Shown here: piece by piece, positions 57,941 through 64,000 of the stretch
How the letters are laid out: the number at the start of each line of letters is the position of its first letter
Position numbering within the stretch: position 1 is the stretch's first letter
IMG/VR virus record: IMGVR_UViG_3300025789_000021
Direction: 5' to 3' (one strand)
Origin: an uncultured virus (IMG/VR IMGVR_UViG_3300025789_000021)
Taxonomy: Duplodnaviria; Heunggongvirae; Uroviricota; Caudoviricetes
Length of the DNA stretch: 64,000 bases
Translations under genes and position numbers: made by a program
The notes under the pieces: model-generated
Databases searched by the model: none
What the model was told of the DNA's origin: nothing
What the model saw: the letters and a program-made list of their open reading frames with translations, nothing else

Positions 57941-58126
57941 CTAAAACATTCCGCCTTTTCGGCGTTCTTTTCTGCACCATGCAGAATATGATAAAATTTT
58001 ATCCTTATTCTTTTTCTTGGCACAGTATGCCTTATACTCTTTGTCTGTTTCAACGGTAGGAAGTTTCTTTCTTCCTCCCCTATAAAACTGTCTTTTACCA
58101 GACCATGGATTAGAATATATTGTCAT
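57941..58126 (-). CDS. Basic 61-aa ORF inside tmRNA intervening segment
   Basis: TAAGGAAACT-ATG immediately after the CCA end; K/R-rich. Confidence 0.6.
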   Translation of the reverse strand: MTIYSNPWSGKRQFYRGGRKKLPTVETDKEYKAYCAKKKNKDKILSYSAWCRKERRKGGMF

Positions 58127-58136
58127 AGTTTCCTTA

Positions 58137-58202
58137 TGGTGGACCTGTCGGGTACCGCCCCCGAGTCTTGTCTACCTTTATTGATAGCCATCATCAACTA
58201 AT
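58137..58202 (-). ncRNA. ssrA: tmRNA acceptor piece (permuted two-piece gene)
   Basis: ...GACTCGGGGGCGGTACCCGACAGGTCCACCA. CAGGTCC pairs with GGGCCTG, giving the G3-U70 Ala identity pair. Alphaproteobacteria-type T-loop. 5' end approximate. Confidence 0.9.
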
Positions 58203-58205
58203 GAC

Positions 58206-59354
58206 CTATTTATAATTCAAATCGTTGCTCTTGTCAAGAGTTTTTCCAACGTACTCATGAGAAAAACATACTCTTTTAATATGTTTGTCCTTGTGGTTCT
58301 TTTCCTTGACGGCGCGGTTGGTTATATAATCTTTTCTACCCTTACCGTTCTTTGACGTTCCTCTCCACCGTGGGGAAGAGTTTCTGTATTCACCCAATCG
58401 TGGATGCGCAGTTTTAGAAAAAAACCTACAACCTCTTGCTAAGAAGATTTCACCAATAGCATCACTTAAACGGGTCCCAAACCCAAGACCCTGATATTCC
58501 GGAAGAATTACTGTTCGGTGTCCTCTCCATGCATTCTTGAAGTTGCCATTTGGGAATGGAAGAGCGGCAGCAAATCCTACTATTTCACCATCCCAAATAG
58601 CTAACCAGCATTGTGCAGTTCTATTAAGGTTCCCGTCGAGATAGTGATGGTGGCGAAAGATAGGCCAGATTTCGGTTGAACAAGGTATGATTTCCAGTTT
58701 GATTTCGGGTCTTGGCCGAAGAGACCCCCTTCCGGTCATTTGACCGGTCATAGTATCATATACCCAATCGGGCTGTAACCATTCAATCACATCATAATGG
58801 CATGTTGCAAGAACAATGTTCTTTAGGTTATGTTTGTCAACATATCTACGAATTGCAACAGAACACGATTTAGCTACATTCCTGTCAATAACAGATGTGA
58901 ACTCATCAAAGACCATACCTGATACCAATGATCTTGCGAGATTGGCGCGAAACTGTTCTCCATTTGAAAGAACATGATATGGCCTGAGCCAAGATGGAAT
59001 GGTGTTTAATCCCACAGCAGACAGTCGTTCTGCAGCTTGATCTGCCGATTCAAAGTGTGAGCAGATTGCTTTAGTTTCATCCCATTCAGGCTGTTCAGTA
59101 GAACCAAACGATTTCAACAGAGATGACTTACCTGATCCAGATGGACCAACAATCAACCCGATACCATAATCTTCCGGAATACTTGGAACATTTGGAACAG
59201 TAAATGTGGTAGTCCCGTTGAACTCATAGTCAAACATAGATGATACTGCTTTAGTGATATCATCTTGAGATACAGATACCGATATATCTCTACTCGGTAT
59301 CTTATCGTTCTCAAACTCAAATAGAGATGCTATACTATCGTGCATATTATTCAT
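58206..59354 (-). CDS. ABC-type ATPase fused to GNAT (Mom-like) acetyltransferase
   Basis: GPSGSGKS, LSNGEQFR, FDEFTS, ATCH; then HHYL, R.VILPEYQGLGFG. Confidence 0.8.
   Translation of the reverse strand: MNNMHDSIASLFEFENDKIPSRDISVSVSQDDITKAVSSMFDYEFNGTTTFTVPNVPSIPEDYGIGLIVGPSGSGKSSLLKSFGSTEQPEWDETKAICSHFESADQAAERLSAVGLNTIPSWLRPYHVLSNGEQFRANLARSLVSGMVFDEFTSVIDRNVAKSCSVAIRRYVDKHNLKNIVLATCHYDVIEWLQPDWVYDTMTGQMTGRGSLRPRPEIKLEIIPCSTEIWPIFRHHHYLDGNLNRTAQCWLAIWDGEIVGFAAALPFPNGNFKNAWRGHRTVILPEYQGLGFGTRLSDAIGEIFLARGCRFFSKTAHPRLGEYRNSSPRWRGTSKNGKGRKDYITNRAVKEKNHKDKHIKRVCFSHEYVGKTLDKSNDLNYK
58207..58214 (-). promoter_or_regulatory. T4-type late promoter TATAAATA driving tmRNA
   Basis: Perfect T4 late consensus just upstream of the acceptor piece. 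Confidence 0.7.
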
Positions 59355-60969
59355 CTGCTATTTCAAACAGGTCCCCATATGGGTTCTGTTCTTTTTCGTA
59401 TTGCTCTTTTGCATTCTGAATACGTGCTTGTGAAATCTTGATATAATCTGGATCAAGATCAATGCCAATATAGTTGAAGCCTTCAAGCATCGCAGCCTTA
59501 CCTGTTGAACCAGAACCATTGAATGGATCAAGAACGGTTCCACCTTTTGGTGTGACTAAACGACACAGATACTTCATCAAGTCAGTTGGTTTCACTGTTG
59601 GGTGATTGTTCTTTTTGTTTTCTGGATGAATCCACTCATTGTCTGTGCAATCACATGGTTCAATCTGATATGCGCCACATTTGTTACATACGCGACGAAT
59701 GCCGTTTCCCTTTTGATTAGATACAGCCTTTTTATCAAATCCATCAAGCCCCGAATCTCTATCGGATTTGCTGGCTTTGGCACAGTAGAAGAATCTTGCT
59801 GCTGATCCCGTGTCGCCTCGTTTCGCTGATGGAACTCTTTGATATTCACCATAGCAATTAGTATTATCATTTCCTGTATGTGATGGCTCTGTTCCTTTTA
59901 CATCACCTTGTTGACCCTTACTTTCAGGAAACAATGCGACAACTTCATCACTACCATCATGAATGATATTAGCGGGGAATCTTCCCGATACTGTTGCAGT
60001 TCCAATACTTATTTGCTTAGCTCCAATACCATATGCTCCACACCCCTTAGCGTTTGGATTATCGTTGCCCCCTTCACGGGCGAGATTATTTAAATTTTCT
60101 CCACCTTTTAAATCATATGTGCGAGTCTCATTACCAACACGACAATCATTAATATTGATGCCACCAGTTCCATGCTTTAGAACGTTCTTCGCTACAGTCT
60201 TTTCAGATAGTGGCTTCCTAGCAACGCAAATAGGCTCCCATGCTGGCTTCAGTGCCGTGCCCCAGCCATCCCATTGTTTTGCTTCTTCTGTTGCTGGTGC
60301 AGTAATGTTTACTTCAGTCCGTGTCATTCCATATGAATGTGAGCCGCTTGCTGCTCCATTTTTAATGCCTACTTTCTTTTTACCCACGATTTCACGTTCC
60401 GCTGCATCTCGCAGAGGTCGCAGTTCTGAGGGAAGTTCAAGAACATCAACAAGTTTTTCCCAGTTATCTCCTGACGGTATTCTGAGACCGCTTTCCCAGT
60501 TCCAACATGCACCAGATGGGGTTCCTACTATTAGTTCGCTAATATCTTGTCTTGATAAACCCTTCTTTTCTCTTGCCGCTATCAATGCTATTCTAAACTT
60601 CTCAATAGATTCCGAAGGGGCAATGCCTTCTTTATCAATAGCCTTACCGATGTTCATAGACTTAGGAAAGCCAGAGCCATAAACCCATCCGATTTGATCG
60701 CGAATATCAAATCCAGCGTCTTCAATCGCTACTACCATTCTATGATATGTGCGAGTGCCAGAGAATGCAAGTAGATGACCACCTGGTTTCAATACTCGCA
60801 TCACTTCTGACCACATTTCAACACTATATGCGATGCCAGAACTGTCCCATGATTTACCCATGAAGCCAAGTTCATACGGGGGATCAGTTACTACAGAATC
60901 TACAGAGTTGTCTTCCATAGTTTTTAATACGTCAACACAGTTGCCGTTATGCAATACAAATTTACTCAC
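59347..60969 (-). CDS. DNA N6-adenine/N4-cytosine methyltransferase (beta class) with inserted HTH
   Basis: VTDPPY, LKPGG, HPTVKP, LDPFNGSGSTG; Cro/C1-like HTH insert (AREKKGLSRQDIS...NWESG.RIP). Confidence 0.88.
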   Translation of the reverse strand: MSKFVLHNGNCVDVLKTMEDNSVDSVVTDPPYELGFMGKSWDSSGIAYSVEMWSEVMRVLKPGGHLLAFSGTRTYHRMVVAIEDAGFDIRDQIGWVYGSGFPKSMNIGKAIDKEGIAPSESIEKFRIALIAAREKKGLSRQDISELIVGTPSGACWNWESGLRIPSGDNWEKLVDVLELPSELRPLRDAAEREIVGKKKVGIKNGAASGSHSYGMTRTEVNITAPATEEAKQWDGWGTALKPAWEPICVARKPLSEKTVAKNVLKHGTGGININDCRVGNETRTYDLKGGENLNNLAREGGNDNPNAKGCGAYGIGAKQISIGTATVSGRFPANIIHDGSDEVVALFPESKGQQGDVKGTEPSHTGNDNTNCYGEYQRVPSAKRGDTGSAARFFYCAKASKSDRDSGLDGFDKKAVSNQKGNGIRRVCNKCGAYQIEPCDCTDNEWIHPENKKNNHPTVKPTDLMKYLCRLVTPKGGTVLDPFNGSGSTGKAAMLEGFNYIGIDLDPDYIKISQARIQNAKEQYEKEQNPYGDLFEIADE

Positions 60970-61175
60970 GAATTAATCATATCCTTATAGTGCTTTGACC
61001 AAAATATATCCGAAAGATGCATTAATGTCAATGATTTTCTATTACTGAACCGCATGAGTCTTTTTATGCTTGAGACTTTTCTTCGTGATCTTTGTGTAAA
61101 GTTCTTTTTGTTTTTCTACATCTTTATTGATGATTGCTTCATACAATTTCTGAATTAGGGTTTTCACTCTCATAA

Positions 61176-61526
61176 TTAGTGTCCATAGCAAACTGTCTGG
61201 CGTGTGACGAACGTATTATACTGGTCAAAGGTGTCGTTAATCTGGCAAGTGCCGCGAAAACGATCATAGTAGGTATAAGTCGTGACTGTATGATATACCG
61301 GATAAACTGGCGGCGGGGAATACGTAGGCACTTGTGGATAAACATTTATTGGCTGTTGATGATCCGAATTAGAAATAATCACGCCAATAACCCCACCGAT
61401 AATCAGTGGAGCAATAAAATCTCCGCCATGTCCACCATGAACACCATGCCAATGTTCACGTGCTTCTGAGGCTACGGGTGCAGTAGCCAATGCGATTCCG
61501 AGTAATGCTGAAATAAGCTTTTTCAT
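61176..61526 (-). CDS. Exported/membrane protein with signal peptide and Gly-rich hydrophobic segment
   Basis: MKKLISALLGIALATAPVASEA; APLIIGGVIGVII; AGGAG RBS. Confidence 0.65.
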   Translation of the reverse strand: MKKLISALLGIALATAPVASEAREHWHGVHGGHGGDFIAPLIIGGVIGVIISNSDHQQPINVYPQVPTYSPPPVYPVYHTVTTYTYYDRFRGTCQINDTFDQYNTFVTRQTVCYGH

Positions 61527-61590
61527 ATATTTTCTCCTTAACTATACTATATATGCATTTTTGTAAAAAGTCAAGGAGAAAACATAAATC

Positions 61591-62166
61591 TTACTGGGTG
61601 CGAGTATTTCCGTAATGGACGATTTTTCCTGCATGTTGATGGGCAGTAATTCTTCTCCAAGGATCAATTACAGTGGAATTAACCGGAAACTGCAATTCTT
61701 TCACATACTGTTCCCAGTAACCAATCAGATACACATCTGTGGATTCTCTCTTTAGATCAAGATCGCCGGTATGAATATCATAATAATTTACTGTTCCACC
61801 CAGTTCTTCAACATAGTGTCCGACAAGCATTGAAGAGGAACCATTAGTATAAGGAACATTAGGCTTATATGCCTTTCCAACAATGGTTACATTCTTTCCA
61901 TATTCTAAGCAACGCTTAGCCATGTTTTCCGCCTGAACTTCTCTTGCTCGCATGATAGCATCAAACAAATCATAACCAAGACCGAGATTATCAGCCATGT
62001 AACGTAATGCAATGTTATCCCTTGGATGACAATTATGAACTACCAACCCAGTGGCTGAATTAACATAATATTGATCATCATCAGTTTCATGATTTGGCTT
62101 CACTTCCATGTTATATACAAAACCATCATATTTTACTTTAGTGATTTCGTTAATTGTCGTCTTCAT
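61591..62166 (-). CDS. ugd: Split intein C-half (45 aa, ends VHN) + C-terminal part of UDP-glucose 6-dehydrogenase
   Basis: VYNMEV...GLVVHN|CHPRDNIAL...IVGKAYKP. Intein part spans 62032-62166. Confidence 0.88.
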   Translation of the reverse strand: MKTTINEITKVKYDGFVYNMEVKPNHETDDDQYYVNSATGLVVHNCHPRDNIALRYMADNLGLGYDLFDAIMRAREVQAENMAKRCLEYGKNVTIVGKAYKPNVPYTNGSSSMLVGHYVEELGGTVNYYDIHTGDLDLKRESTDVYLIGYWEQYVKELQFPVNSTVIDPWRRITAHQHAGKIVHYGNTRTQ

Positions 62167-63047
62167 AATTTTTCCTTTAATGTTTTACATTTGTCTCCAT
62201 GCCATCGTTTATAGTTGCCTTTATTGGTAACAATTCCACAATGATAACATAATTCTGTTTTCCCATTTAGTATTTGATTTTGTTTTTCACGTTCTTCTAC
62301 TGTCCGGTTGACATTCCACAATTTAACTGCTTCTGATATCAGTCTACCTCGAATTTCTTTTTCTTCTTCTGTCAATCTATCATGATAATTCTGTGTAGCG
62401 GCTGATAAATTATTACGATGTTTTATGCTTTCTTCTTCTGTTCTATTGGCATAGTATTCTTTTGATCCCATGGAAAGCAGTTCAGCGGTATGTTCACATA
62501 TACCTTCCCACCAACCTTGGCGCATCAATTCATTCTTACGTTTTTCATCTGCTAACACTTGGCTTACTCCATTGGTTATCCAAGTTTTACCATAAGCATT
62601 ATTTTTTTCTCCGGTCTCATTCCGAATATTATTCAATGACACTCTTTTACTATTTGGTGATCTCCCAATTGACCATCCTTGATCTTCCATAATATTAATC
62701 AATGATAATTTAACACACACTTCAATATCGCCTTTTGACATCCATTTGGTGCCCAGAACAGTATATCTTCCATCAGCATAACTTCTATTAAAACTCATTG
62801 GGCTGTTAACAGCATCCAATTCTTTTAGTATAATATTTTCACGTTGTCTTATGTATAATTGATCGCCTGTCTCTAATATTTCGCGAGACCATTGGTCCGG
62901 ATTGGCAATAATCATTGGCTCAACTATATCACTTGAACATAGATATCCATCTTGTGGATGACAACCCTCGCGTGTGCGGGAACCAATATACCACATGCCG
63001 GTAGGTTTATATGTCCACTTATAAATGTATGCTATTGTTTTCATCAA
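62163..63047 (-). mobile_element. Free-standing GIY-YIG (Seg-like) endonuclease between split intein halves
   Basis: AYIYKW...WYIGSR...GY..SS, WITNG repeats, C-terminal CYHC...WHGDKC; TAAATA at 63050-63055. Confidence 0.8.
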
Positions 63048-63066
63048 TATATTTATTATTTAATAT

Positions 63067-63999
63067 TCATGTAAACTTATCAATGACAAACAACTTATCG
63101 GTGTGCAGCACTTCGTCAGCCCTAGTCAACATATGCACTCCATCTCGTTCAATAGGAAGTAGATGATTGTCAGTGACAATCAAATCACCAATGAAAGTGT
63201 TAAATTTGATCATCTCCCCACTGAATGGTGTTTTGGTTACCGCCTTGATTGTTTTTTGATCTGTCCTACTGCAGTCTGCGGTGGTAGATACAACCATAAA
63301 CTTATCGGTTGAATTAAATTTATCATATAATTCTTCCATAGTTATCATCTCGTCATTTACTGTTACCGTAAATGATGGGAGAACACACGCGCCGCCATCG
63401 CCCATTCCTGCAGTCATATAAGCCGGTCCAGTGATACGATAATTGGAACGTGCGAGAGCACCTGTGACCACATCAACGTTGATGTTACCATTTTTCTCGG
63501 CAACATCCTGAATCATATTGACAATTCCAACTTTTGCCGAAATAAAAGTATTGTAAAAAATCTTAATTGATTCTGCCTCATCCCATGTTCCTACTTCATA
63601 TCGTGGGTCATTTTGCATGAATGCCTCATAAAAATGAATCAGTTCGGCAGCATCACCTGTAATAGAACCATCTTCGGTGCCAATGATGACCATTTCTGGA
63701 TTAGCCATGTCCCATTTAATAGTTCCCATTGCGATAAGATATGGGTTATAAATGAAGCGCGCATTGGTAATGCAAGGGCGCAATTGATTGCGCACTGTTC
63801 CAGGAAGGACAGTGCTAATTAATACTACTAACTGATTCTTATTAACCCATTTATTAACTTCTTTGAGAATATCCGTCACAATGGTATAATCAAAATCTTT
63901 ATTAGGGAGGTGACTTGTTGGAGTTTCACCGCCATATATGGGGTTATGTGGTGTCGGTGCCGCAATGAAGATAATATCTCTTCCTGATACTGCTTCCTG
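63067..63999 (-). CDS. ugd: N-terminal part of UDP-glucose 6-dehydrogenase + split intein N-half (5' end off window)
   Basis: IFIAAPTP, STVLPGT, YNP, AESIKIFYNT, GMGDGGA|CVLPS...VTDNHLL. Intein part spans 63067-63387 (106 aa). Confidence 0.88.
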   Translation of the reverse strand, partial: QEAVSGRDIIFIAAPTPHNPIYGGETPTSHLPNKDFDYTIVTDILKEVNKWVNKNQLVVLISTVLPGTVRNQLRPCITNARFIYNPYLIAMGTIKWDMANPEMVIIGTEDGSITGDAAELIHFYEAFMQNDPRYEVGTWDEAESIKIFYNTFISAKVGIVNMIQDVAEKNGNINVDVVTGALARSNYRITGPAYMTAGMGDGGACVLPSFTVTVNDEMITMEELYDKFNSTDKFMVVSTTADCSRTDQKTIKAVTKTPFSGEMIKFNTFIGDLIVTDNHLLPIERDGVHMLTRADEVLHTDKLFVIDKFT

Positions 64000-64000
64000 A

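Noticed and set aside
58115..58126. MTIY start of the tmRNA-spacer ORF as a third copy of the endonuclease leader
   Set aside because: The DNA differs (ATGACAATATAT) and the upstream hairpin motif is absent; probably coincidence.
58137..58175. Stand-alone tRNA or tRNA fragment/att site
   Set aside because: No anticodon arm; it pairs with the downstream tmRNA coding piece, so it is the acceptor half of the permuted tmRNA.
1..64000. Stop-codon reassignment
   Set aside because: Conserved genes are full length in code 11 and TAA, TGA and TAG all act as stops.

Overview
64 kb from a large T4-related tailed phage genome. Genes are densely packed and almost all on the minus strand, with many TAAATA late promoters and sigma70-type promoters. 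The core set includes replication and recombination genes (gp41-like helicase, primase, gp32 SSB, UvsX/UvsY/UvsW, a very short DnaE-like protein, exonucleases), large terminase, tail-fibre-like proteins, a spanin pair, ThyA/DHFR, peptide deformylase, RNA ligase, a MoxR/VWA pair, a DNA methyltransferase and three free-standing homing endonucleases. A permuted two-piece tmRNA gene (tag ANDNSTMDIALAA) points to an alphaproteobacterial host. Highlights: (1) UDP-glucose dehydrogenase is fractured by a naturally split intein at its catalytic Cys, with a GIY-YIG endonuclease gene between the halves; (2) the permuted tmRNA carries a protein ORF in its intervening segment and lies directly upstream of a YafQ/RelE-like toxin with a small partner ORF; (3) two unrelated antisense endonucleases (GIY-YIG and HNH) share a conserved structured ~80 nt leader, and one leaves behind a stranded copy of the helicase N-terminus; (4) there are arrays of short paralogous ORFs ending in F-x-L-[RK]-W. 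All calls are from motif reading by eye; no database searches were run.
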